Positions 27,057-35,360 of a DNA stretch of 64,000 nt are shown one piece after another. The notes beneath the pieces were generated by a model. That model was given only the letters and a program-made list of their open reading frames with translations, was not told the DNA's origin and did not search any database. Numbering within the stretch: the first letter of the stretch is position 1; the number at the start of each line of letters is the position of its first letter. This DNA is from a virus: the IMG/VR virus record IMGVR_UViG_3300046518_000226, positions 1 to 64,000 of that record. The stretch is one strand, 5' to 3'. A program made the position numbers and the translations under genes.

Positions 27057-29657
27057 ATGGCGAAAATCAAACTCACGTTGCCCGTGCTGCACCCGGCACA
27101 GAAAAGAATTGTCGAGAAAGCGTCCCGTTTCAATGCTGTCGCCATGGGCGAGCAGGCAGGGAAAACCACGCTCGGTATCGACGTGCTCATTGCATCGCCG
27201 GCCGGGGCCATCTCGGGCAAGGCGCCGGTAGCCTGGTTCTCCGCCAGCAAGGAAGACCTCACGGTTGCGCGCCGGAAGATCCTCGCTGCCCTGGACGGAT
27301 TCATCGATCGCCGGATCAGCCGCAAGCAGGTCAAGCTCAAGAACGGCAACAGCATCTACTTCTTCTCCCTCGATGAGACCACCGATGTGGCCGAGCAGTT
27401 CGGCCTTGTGGTGGTCGACGACGTGCGCAAGGTCGAGCTGTTCGCGGATCTCTGGGAAGATGTCCTGTTGCAATCCCTCAAGCAGCATGGCGGTCAGGCC
27501 TGGCTGCTGTCCGGCGCCTACGGCAAGCGCAATGACTTCTACCGCCTGTTCCAGCACGGACTGGCCAGTAATGAGTGGAGCTGCTGGCAATACGACTCCT
27601 TCTGCAACCCGCACCTGCCGACTGAGATCGCCGATGAGGCGGACACCGTCACCGAGCTGGAGTACCGCCAGCGGTTCTGCGCCGAGTTCCTGGACATCGC
27701 GGTCGAGCTGTCAGACGCGCAGCGCATCCTCGGGCCGAACGAGCGGTTCATCGAATGGTGCGAGCGCCTGGAGTCCGAAGGCCTGAAGGTCGATGGCGTG
27801 CCCTTCACTCTGTCCGATCGGCCGGCGATGCGGTTCATCTACGAGCTGATCCCGCTTACCCGCGAGGAGGCGTTCGAGCGCGTCGACGTGATCATGAAGT
27901 GCACTCAGGTGGGCTTCACGGTGATGGAGATGCTGGCGGCCATCTACCTGGCCCTGCGCTTCGCACCGGCGAAGATCGGCATGTTCATGCCGTCGACCTC
28001 GCTGGCCTCCGGTAAGTCCTCTGAGCGCTTCCTGCCGATCGCGCGCACCGTGCCGGCCGTGCACCGCCTGATGACCGAGAAGAACGCCTCCGGTGGCCGT
28101 GGCGGCGAGGGTAACGTGCTGATCCGGAACCTCGGGCCGTCGCGCTTCCACTTCCTCTGGACATCTGGCGCAACCGCGACCGAGTCGTTCCCGATGGACG
28201 TCATCTCGTTCGACGAGGTGCAGGAGATGCTGATCGCCGACATGGAGAAGGTGGTCGAGCGTCTGTCAGCATCGAAGCTGAAGTACACCCTGATGGGCTC
28301 CACGGCGAACTGGCCCGACAGCGACATCCACTGGTGGTATCAGCGCGGCACCCAGCACCAGTTCCACACCGAGTGCCCCCACTGCGGCGAAGGCCAGGTG
28401 CTGGACGAGCACTTCCCTGAGTGCATCCAGTTCGACCCGGAGCACCCGAAGCGCAAGCAGCGCGGCAACACCGTCCTTTACGGCGAGTACCGCTACCGGT
28501 GCCACGCGTGCGAAGGCTGGATCGATGACCCGCAGATCGGCGAGTGGATCCCCAAGAACCCAGACGCGGAGATCCGGTCGGTTCACTTCCCGCAGTTCCT
28601 GTCGCCGACCATCAGCCCCCGGAACATCATCGAGGCGTTCCGCAACAACGACAGCATGAAGGGCTTCTACAACCGGAAGCTCGGCAAGCCGTACACCGAC
28701 CCGTCGCAGGTGCCGGTCAACCTGGAGATGCTGAACGCCTGCGCCCGGGAAGGCATGCGCCTCGGCGTCGAGTGGAAGACGCGGGCCAAGGGCACGTTCA
28801 TGGGCATCGACCAGATGGGCGCCTTCAACGTGGCGATCATCAAGGAGCGGCTGAAATCCGGACAGCAGGCCGTAATCCACATCGAGTACATCTTCGATGC
28901 GGATCCGTTCATGCGCTGCAGCGAGCTGATGAACTCTTATGGCGTGCAGTGCTGCGTGGTGGAGACGCTGCCGAACTTCAACGATGCGCACCGCTTTGCG
29001 CAACGCCATCCTGGCAAAGTGTTCCTGGCTGGATACGGGAACATGGATGGCAACATGATGATCTGGGGCGACACCCCGACCACCAACACGTCAGACCGCC
29101 GGACTGATGAAGAAGCCCAGCAGAAGTACACCGTGCGGCTCGACCAGTTCAAATGCATGCAGACGTCGATGGCCCGGTTCGCCACGCTGACCTGCGTCTT
29201 CCCGGATCCGACCGGCTTGGTGCAGGACTACACCGAGAAGGGCGAAACCACCCGGGTGGCGGTCTGCAAGGAAGTGGCCTTCTTCCACTTCACGCGCACG
29301 GCGCTGGTGGTGGAGAAGGACGAGGACGAAAAGAAGTACAAGCGCAAAGTGGTCAAGGTCGGCATCGACCCCCACACCAGCTACGCCAACATGCTCTGCG
29401 ATGTGGCTTGGTCGCGCGCCCACGGCACCAGTACGTTCCTCATGCCGGACGTGTCGAATGAACCGCACGACCCGACGCCGAACAAGATCCGCGTGCCGGG
29501 CTTGGCCGGTCAGATGATTGAGGAAATGAACCAGCTGTCGGGCGATGTCTGCGGCCGGTGCGTGAACCGGAACCCTGACACTGGTATGTGCTCGGAGCTT
29601 GAAGCGAGGACGCAGCCATCTGACCCTGGCTGCTGGGCGTTTATCGCGGTGAGGTAA
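27057..29657 (+). CDS. Terminase large subunit (GpA-like) with extra N-terminal degenerate terminase ATPase domain
   Basis: LHPAQ..GEQAGKT..VVVDD, then VIMKCTQVGFT, ISFDE, CPHC/CHAC, FMGID. Confidence 0.9.
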   Translation: MAKIKLTLPVLHPAQKRIVEKASRFNAVAMGEQAGKTTLGIDVLIASPAGAISGKAPVAWFSASKEDLTVARRKILAALDGFIDRRISRKQVKLKNGNSIYFFSLDETTDVAEQFGLVVVDDVRKVELFADLWEDVLLQSLKQHGGQAWLLSGAYGKRNDFYRLFQHGLASNEWSCWQYDSFCNPHLPTEIADEADTVTELEYRQRFCAEFLDIAVELSDAQRILGPNERFIEWCERLESEGLKVDGVPFTLSDRPAMRFIYELIPLTREEAFERVDVIMKCTQVGFTVMEMLAAIYLALRFAPAKIGMFMPSTSLASGKSSERFLPIARTVPAVHRLMTEKNASGGRGGEGNVLIRNLGPSRFHFLWTSGATATESFPMDVISFDEVQEMLIADMEKVVERLSASKLKYTLMGSTANWPDSDIHWWYQRGTQHQFHTECPHCGEGQVLDEHFPECIQFDPEHPKRKQRGNTVLYGEYRYRCHACEGWIDDPQIGEWIPKNPDAEIRSVHFPQFLSPTISPRNIIEAFRNNDSMKGFYNRKLGKPYTDPSQVPVNLEMLNACAREGMRLGVEWKTRAKGTFMGIDQMGAFNVAIIKERLKSGQQAVIHIEYIFDADPFMRCSELMNSYGVQCCVVETLPNFNDAHRFAQRHPGKVFLAGYGNMDGNMMIWGDTPTTNTSDRRTDEEAQQKYTVRLDQFKCMQTSMARFATLTCVFPDPTGLVQDYTEKGETTRVAVCKEVAFFHFTRTALVVEKDEDEKKYKRKVVKVGIDPHTSYANMLCDVAWSRAHGTSTFLMPDVSNEPHDPTPNKIRVPGLAGQMIEEMNQLSGDVCGRCVNRNPDTGMCSELEARTQPSDPGCWAFIAVR

Positions 29658-29680
29658 GGGGCTTCGGCCCCTTATTCTTT
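29655..29680. terminator. Hairpin terminator between convergent genes
   Basis: TAAGGGGC-TTCG-GCCCCTTA. Confidence 0.8.
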
Positions 29681-30070
29681 GACATCCGACAGCATAAACG
29701 GCCCCATGTAGTCGCCCCAAGTCTTGAAGCCGGCCAACTGCTTAAAGTTGCTGGCGTCGATCCGCATGTATATGTCCTGGCCGGTGTTCTCGTCCACGCC
29801 AGAATATTCAACGCTGCCATCGCGATTGACCAGCCAGCAGCCCAGATTGATCCGGCGGGTCGAGTTCGGATCGCCTTCTCGAGCCGAGAGCATGCGCGCG
29901 GCAAGGTCGCCGTGCTTGCAGCGGGTGTAGGCGTCGGCCTTCTGGTCGCTGAGCTGGAGCGTCAGGACATAGCCGTTGGCATTCACGACGCGCTCGGCGA
30001 TCGAGCCAGCAGCGAAGGCGGAGCTGATGCCGGTCAGCATTAGTGCGGCGATGATAGCGATGCGTTTCAT
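29672..30070 (-). CDS. Secreted/periplasmic hypothetical protein (moron-like)
   Basis: MKRIAIIAALMLTGISSAFA signal peptide; GGAGG RBS; TATAAT at 30120-30125. Confidence 0.8.
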   Translation of the reverse strand: MKRIAIIAALMLTGISSAFAAGSIAERVVNANGYVLTLQLSDQKADAYTRCKHGDLAARMLSAREGDPNSTRRINLGCWLVNRDGSVEYSGVDENTGQDIYMRIDASNFKQLAGFKTWGDYMGPFMLSDVKE

Positions 30071-30147
30071 ACATCCTCCAGATTGGTCGACGTAGCGGGC
30101 CTGTGACCCGCTGTCGACGATTATAGCGTCACTTGGTTGTGGGCGGC

Positions 30148-30675
30148 CTACGCCCAGCGATTGACGCGCTCGATCGTCTTCTTGGTCACCACGGTGCGCC
30201 GCTCGTGCTTGCCGCAGTGCGTACACTTGCGGGCGTTGGCGTTGATCTTCAGCCAGCTGTGCGAATGGTCGCCGTGAATGATGCAGCGACCCTGGCGCAG
30301 GTAGGCGCTCCAGAACCAGTCGGTGATGTCGAGCCAGGCGCGGGTGTTGAATGCCGGGCCGAAGGCGAATGAGCCGTCGACGCGCTGCGTTCCCTTCCTG
30401 GTTACATGCTGCAGCTGGGCGCCGTGGAACCACCCACTTTCCTCGACAGCCTCGCCGATCATGAGCCAGGCCCGCTGCTTTCGGTCGCCGGCCTTCAGGG
30501 CCTCAAGATCCGGCGTCAATGGCGTGCCAGTGATGCTGTTCCAGGCGCTGATGTAGATGCGCTCCCGGCCTCGTTTCAGTGCGCGCTGGTACATCCGCCA
30601 GCTGAATTTGTCCGACTGCCCCTTCACTGCCGGCTTGATGCTCTCGGCAAAGGCTTTGCGTTCTGATGGTGTCAC
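30148..30675 (-). CDS. Hypothetical protein with C-terminal Zn ribbon
   Basis: GRCIIH..H..CTHCG; GAAAGGA RBS. Confidence 0.75.
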   Translation of the reverse strand: MTPSERKAFAESIKPAVKGQSDKFSWRMYQRALKRGRERIYISAWNSITGTPLTPDLEALKAGDRKQRAWLMIGEAVEESGWFHGAQLQHVTRKGTQRVDGSFAFGPAFNTRAWLDITDWFWSAYLRQGRCIIHGDHSHSWLKINANARKCTHCGKHERRTVVTKKTIERVNRWA

Positions 30676-30717
30676 GTCCTTTCTCCAGCCGGGCGATGCC
30701 CGGCAGTCGGTTGATGG

Positions 30718-32523
30718 TTACGCCGCGATCACTGCTTCTTTCGGCTCACTCATGTTCGCGCGTACCAGGGCCGCGGCCAGCGGTGGGCAGACGCTGTTAC
30801 CGCACATCCGCACCTGAGCGGCCTTGCTGAGCGGCTTGCCTGTGGCGGGGTTGATGAAGTTGTGGATGTAGTCAGCTGGGAAGCCCTGTGCGGCGTACAG
30901 CTCGTGCGGCTCCAGCATGCGCATGCCGATATCGACGATCTGGTAGGGCTCGCCGTGCACCATCACCAAGCCAAAGCGCGGCTTGGCGGTCACCGTGTGC
31001 AGCGGGTCGCTCAGATCCTGGCCGTCAGCCGCGCTGCCGAAATATTTGATCAGGAAGGCGCGCACCTCGGCGAGGTGGTTGCCCTGAGCACTGATGGTCG
31101 CCGCTGGCTCGGTGACAGGCTGGCCGTCCTTGCAGGTGCCGCGCAGCTTGACCAGGTTGCTGGAGACCAATGCGGCCTTGCCGCCACCGCCGGCGGTGAT
31201 CGCGCCCACTGGCTCGCCAGCTCCATGGCCCACGCTGTTGCCGAAGTCGCGCTGGATGTGTGCGGTGACCAGGCTGTGGTGGTCGACGCTGGTCACGGTG
31301 CCGATCGGCGCCTCCAGCTCGCTGCCAACCACGCCGGTGTAGTGCTTGGCGAGGAAGGCACCGACGAGGGCTGTATGGTTGCGAGCCAGCTGAGTGTTCG
31401 TCGGCTTCTCAAGGGATTTTGGCTCACCAGAGTAGGCAGGGCCGCCGGCGCCCACCAAGACCGGTGCGACCACGGCGAAGTGTCCGCCCTTCACCTGAGC
31501 GCATTGTGTGCGCAGCGGCGCATTGCCGGGCATGTTGCGCTGGCTGCTGGAGTTGGCGTGCTCGGTGATGAACGGAGCCAGCGTCGGCACAACGATCCCG
31601 GTACCCAGCTTGCTGGTGATGGTCTGCAACGGGTCGCTGAGCGGCTGCCCGCGGAACTGGTCGTAGCCGTGGTTGACCTTCACCAGGAACGGTTCGTCGG
31701 CGTTCACCACGTAGCGCATGATGCCGGCCGCGATGCGGCGCAGGGTGTTCTCGGCGAGCGGCTTCTTGCGTTCGAAGATCGACGGGCACGGGATCGACCA
31801 GTCGATGATGTCGGCCGCGGTGCGCCATGGCAGCTTGAGGCCGTCGATGACATCCTGGCTGCTCGGGTGACCATGGGTCGGCTCAGGCCAAACGATCGGC
31901 AAGCCGTCGCGGCGAGCGATCAGGAACAGGCGCTTGCGGATGGTTGGGGTGCCGTAGTCGCAGGCGCGCAGCTCGCGCCAATCAACCGTATACCCGAGGG
32001 TGCGCAGGGCGTTGCAGAACGAGCGGAAGGTACGCCCCTTGTTCTTCGGGCATGGGCGGTCGTCCTCGCCGATCGGCCCCCACGTGACGAACTCCTCGAC
32101 ATTCTCCAGCATGATCACGCGCGGCTTCACCAGGTCTGCCCAGCGCATGGCGACCCATGCGAGGCCGCGGATCTTCTTGCTGACCGGCTTGCCGCCCTTG
32201 GCCTTGCTGAAGTGCTTGCAGTCGGGGCTGAACCACGCCAAGCCGACCGGACGCCCGCCAGTCACAGCCACCGGATCGATATCCCAGACCGACTCGCAGT
32301 AGTGCTTCGTGTGCGGGTGGTTGATCTCGTGCATGCTGATGGCTTCAGGGTCGTGGTTGACCGCGATATCGACCGGGCGGCCAAGGCCATCCTCGATGCC
32401 GGTGCTGGCGCCGCCGCCACCTGCGAAGTTGTCGATGGCCAGTTCCTGGAAGTTGAACCCGGCCTGCGGGTGGATGCGGAACCGGTTGTTGTCATTTGCT
32501 GGGCTTTGAACCTTCACTTTCAT
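30718..32523 (-). CDS. C5 cytosine DNA methyltransferase
   Basis: FAGGGG, SPDCKHFS, LENV, R.RLFL, CGNSVCP. Confidence 0.95.
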   Translation of the reverse strand: MKVKVQSPANDNNRFRIHPQAGFNFQELAIDNFAGGGGASTGIEDGLGRPVDIAVNHDPEAISMHEINHPHTKHYCESVWDIDPVAVTGGRPVGLAWFSPDCKHFSKAKGGKPVSKKIRGLAWVAMRWADLVKPRVIMLENVEEFVTWGPIGEDDRPCPKNKGRTFRSFCNALRTLGYTVDWRELRACDYGTPTIRKRLFLIARRDGLPIVWPEPTHGHPSSQDVIDGLKLPWRTAADIIDWSIPCPSIFERKKPLAENTLRRIAAGIMRYVVNADEPFLVKVNHGYDQFRGQPLSDPLQTITSKLGTGIVVPTLAPFITEHANSSSQRNMPGNAPLRTQCAQVKGGHFAVVAPVLVGAGGPAYSGEPKSLEKPTNTQLARNHTALVGAFLAKHYTGVVGSELEAPIGTVTSVDHHSLVTAHIQRDFGNSVGHGAGEPVGAITAGGGGKAALVSSNLVKLRGTCKDGQPVTEPAATISAQGNHLAEVRAFLIKYFGSAADGQDLSDPLHTVTAKPRFGLVMVHGEPYQIVDIGMRMLEPHELYAAQGFPADYIHNFINPATGKPLSKAAQVRMCGNSVCPPLAAALVRANMSEPKEAVIAA

Positions 32524-32578
32524 TCCTGGGCAAAGCAATGCTCTGCTGTGAGTTGGCGGGTTTGCTTGGATTGGCTGA

Positions 32579-32608
32579 ATAGTAATTCATCATATTTGAT
32601 TATTGCAA
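32579..32608 (-). promoter_or_regulatory. Sigma70-like promoter with operator-like AATAATCAAAT
   Basis: TTGCAA-18 bp-TACTAT on the minus strand. Confidence 0.7.
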
Positions 32609-32735
32609 TAGTAATTACAGATTTCCGCCGAGTGAATACATCGGCTGCGACGTGCTGACTCACCCCTGCAAATGACTCTATCCAGGCACGAAGCTTGGCA
32701 ATAGGACGACGCGCCTATCGGTTTGGGAGCACGTT

Positions 32736-33020
32736 ATGGTTGTTCATCGGCGACCCGGGTGGACAACCCTGGAGCTTGAGGTTCTTGGACACGTCGCCGG
32801 CCAGGTGGCGGAGCGCGACATCATTGGCGACCACGGCATCACCGAGGAAGGCGACCCTTGGTTCGTCCTTGAACAGCCGGACGGATCGGCTCTGGTGCAC
32901 TTCGCCAAGATCGATGGCCGCTATGTCAGCGCACCGTCACAGGCTGGGGCGTTCGACGCCAATGAGCGGCTGCTGCCGCTGATCCGGCGCTTTCTGGAGC
33001 GCAATAAAAAGCCCGCCTAA
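32736..33020 (+). CDS. Hypothetical protein
   Basis: GGGAG RBS; EEGDPWFV..VHFAKIDGRY; followed by a hairpin. Confidence 0.7.
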   Translation: MVVHRRPGWTTLELEVLGHVAGQVAERDIIGDHGITEEGDPWFVLEQPDGSALVHFAKIDGRYVSAPSQAGAFDANERLLPLIRRFLERNKKPA

Positions 33021-33030
33021 GCGGGCTTCT
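33006..33030. terminator. Bidirectional terminator
   Basis: AAAAAGCCCGC-CTAA-GCGGGCTT. Confidence 0.8.
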
Positions 33031-33043
33031 GAAGCGGGGGCGA

Positions 33044-33631
33044 TCAGAACAGCGTGCCGACGTAGGCGTTCGGATCATCATTCGCCGCGCCGCGCAGCAT
33101 GGCGTTGATACCTGCGAACGTGGCGTCGATGAATTCCTGGCTTTCCGAGAAGCTGACGATGATCTGCGACCGGGTTTCGCCGTTGTTCAGGCGATTGATC
33201 CAGTACGGCATCACGCCCGCTTCAGGCTGGCGGCGCAGGGTGTTCACGTAGCAGGCAGTGATGAACTGCTCGTTGGTGAGACCAGCCGGGTAGAGCGCCA
33301 GATACTCGGGCGCGTTCATGAACTGATCCGCCACCAGCGCCAGCGCAGGCCCACGGTTGTTACCGTTGGCTGCGAGGTAGTTGATGAAGTTGGTGACGTG
33401 GTAGTCCAGGCCGGTCGGGTCAGGCTTGCGGGTCAGCAGCGCCTGATACAGGCGGCACAGCGGCTTGACGTTGTTAACGCATTCGTTGCTCGAAAGCATA
33501 TTTTCAACGGTCTGCTGATAGCCGTATTGCGACATATAGCTGTTGTACGCGACCAGCCCCAGCGGCTGTAACGGGGTGGTGCGGTTTACCGCAGCCCATG
33601 CTTTTTGAACCTGTGCGTCGTATGCGCCCAT
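33044..33631 (-). CDS. DUF4214-domain protein, paralog 1
   Basis: RLYQALLTRKPDPTGLDYH..F...PEY; FI...Y.NTL.R.P.....YW...L..G..R......FSES.EF. Confidence 0.85.
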   Translation of the reverse strand: MGAYDAQVQKAWAAVNRTTPLQPLGLVAYNSYMSQYGYQQTVENMLSSNECVNNVKPLCRLYQALLTRKPDPTGLDYHVTNFINYLAANGNNRGPALALVADQFMNAPEYLALYPAGLTNEQFITACYVNTLRRQPEAGVMPYWINRLNNGETRSQIIVSFSESQEFIDATFAGINAMLRGAANDDPNAYVGTLF

Positions 33632-33689
33632 GAGGCACCTCAGTGTTGTGAATGAGGCGTCATTGTCGCGTCACGTCTTCCCGGCGGGC

Positions 33690-33715
33690 AAAAGAAAGCC
33701 CGCCGAAGCGGGCTC
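33690..33715 (-). terminator. Intrinsic terminator
   Basis: AGCCCGC-TTCG-GCGGGCT + T run on the minus strand. Confidence 0.85.
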
Positions 33716-33730
33716 CTACAGCAGGATGGA

Positions 33731-34324
33731 TTACAACAGGCCGCCAGTGTAGGCGTTTGGATTGTCGTTGAACGCCGCCAGCATCATGGCTTGGAGTGGT
33801 TCGGAGATACGGGCGCGGAACTCTGGGCTGTCGGAGACAAACGCCAGCACATCAGCACGGCGATACATGCCGCTGTCCAAGGCGTTCTGCCAGAAGGTGT
33901 TCTCATCGGCGGTCACAATGCGACCCAGGCAGTCGGAGTACAGCTTGCTGATGAAAAAGGTGTTCGACATCGTGCTCGGATAGCGGTTCAGGTACTCCTG
34001 CGAGGTCGCCCAATAATTCTGGACGAAATTGCCGAGGTTCGTGGTGGTGTAGCCGTTGGCGTCGCCACCTTCGCGGAGTTTCTGCACCCCGAAGTCGAAA
34101 CCAGAGGGGTCGGGCTTGCGGCCGAATACGACCTGGTAGAGACGCGCGATCGGCAGAACTTCACGCTCCAGAGTAGGGCTGCGAAACAGTTGGTTCAGCA
34201 GGCGGTGGATACCATAGCCGGCGTTGAGCAGCACGCCGTAAGTGCTCTGCCAATCGGCTGGAGCGGTCGCAGTGCGGAAGTAGACCGAGAAGATCTTGGT
34301 CACGGATGGGCTGTAAGAAATCAT
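33731..34324 (-). CDS. DUF4214-domain protein, paralog 2
   Basis: RLYQVVFGRKPDPSGFDF..SQEY; FISKLY..LGR....FW...L..G..RADVL....DSPEF. Confidence 0.85.
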   Translation of the reverse strand: MISYSPSVTKIFSVYFRTATAPADWQSTYGVLLNAGYGIHRLLNQLFRSPTLEREVLPIARLYQVVFGRKPDPSGFDFGVQKLREGGDANGYTTTNLGNFVQNYWATSQEYLNRYPSTMSNTFFISKLYSDCLGRIVTADENTFWQNALDSGMYRRADVLAFVSDSPEFRARISEPLQAMMLAAFNDNPNAYTGGLL

Positions 34325-34456
34325 AGGCACCTCAGGTTGGTTGAGGCTTTATGATGCTGTCACGCCAATTGTCGGGCATAAAAAACCCGCCGATTTGAGC
34401 ATCACTTACTCCGAGGAGGTTGAGAGGCTTGGCGGGTTTTTGTGGTGCTCGGGTGG

Positions 34457-34669
34457 CTAGCCTACAGCTGGCGGGCCTTGTTTGATCAGTCGTGCGGCGC
34501 CGAGAACGGCGGCGAGCAGGCCGTTCACGGCGGCGTAGGTGGATGGTTCGAGCTGAGCCTGGAAGGCTGGCAGAACTTGAGTCTGGATGAGCGCCAGCAG
34601 CGCGATCAGGGCAGCGAGCTGAACGGAGTAGAGCTTGTAAGCGGTTTGCCAGCCTTCGATCAGGGTCAT
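34457..34669 (-). CDS. Two-TM holin-like protein
   Basis: LIEGWQTAYKLYSVQLAAL...ARLIKQ pattern of small phage membrane proteins. Confidence 0.7.
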   Translation of the reverse strand: MTLIEGWQTAYKLYSVQLAALIALLALIQTQVLPAFQAQLEPSTYAAVNGLLAAVLGAARLIKQGPPAVG

Positions 34670-34978
34670 GTCGGGATCCGTGGTGGGTTGATGGGTTCCG
34701 CATGTGCGGGCTGGTAGCAGCTGTTCGCTACGTCGCTGGCGTTGGTTGGTACGGTGCAGATGGTGCTGTCGGTACTCACGGTCGGTCAGCACAAGCCCGT
34801 GGCGGCTCACTTTTCATCGTTCATCTGCATCGCTGTGAGCCTTCCCTACATAGAGAACTTGAGGGAAAGGAAGGGCGGGAAGGCTCACAGCGTTACAGTC
34901 CGGTTACTCCGTCCGGAGCGCTTAAGGCGGCGGGTGCCGTGCGCAGCTGCCATTTGCCACCGAAGTGTTGCTGACAGG
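34670..34978 (-). ncRNA. Candidate structured leader RNA or ncRNA
   Basis: 16-bp perfect IR 34831-46/34877-92, nested stems, cUUCGg loop; TTGCAT-18 bp-CAAACT upstream. Confidence 0.4.
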
Positions 34979-35016
34979 TTTTTAGTTTGCCACTACTTAT
35001 ACGATCAATGCAACAA

Positions 35017-35262
35017 CTATGCAGCCGCTGAAAGCTTCTTCGCTTGGCGATAGCTTCTCGTCTTTTCAGCCTCGCACGCCCGGCACCAGCTTCGATAATG
35101 CCCGAGCGAGGGGATCCAGCCGAAGCAGGTCTCATCGTGCGGCCACCACTCACCGCACTTCGGGCAGAGCTTTTCCCGGCCGTCGTCGGTGGTTCTCGTC
35201 GAGAGTTCGATCCAGTGTTGCGACAGAAGGTTGCGGTTTCTTTTCTTGATTGCGAATTTCAT
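35017..35262 (-). CDS. Zn-finger hypothetical protein
   Basis: KLCPKCGEWWP..SWCRAC; TTGAGG-18 bp-TATCAT promoter at 35292-35321. Confidence 0.75.
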   Translation of the reverse strand: MKFAIKKRNRNLLSQHWIELSTRTTDDGREKLCPKCGEWWPHDETCFGWIPSLGHYRSWCRACEAEKTRSYRQAKKLSAAA

Positions 35263-35338
35263 TTCTATCTGTTTGTGACTGAATTTGCTGGATGATAGCT
35301 CAAATTTGTAAACCGCCTCAAGCAACCTCCTGAAATCG

Positions 35339-35353
35339 TCGTGACGCCATGAT
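35339..35353 (+). promoter_or_regulatory. Late-promoter motif, leaderless start
   Basis: TCGTGA-cgc-CATGAT-7 nt-ATG(35361). Confidence 0.8.
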
Positions 35354-35360
35354 TTCAGCC

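Noticed and set aside
30862-32658. 598-aa plus-strand ORF (also 46745-48541, 8035-9591, 15233-16765, 40648-42060 on minus)
   Set aside because: Antisense shadows of well-supported genes in high-GC DNA
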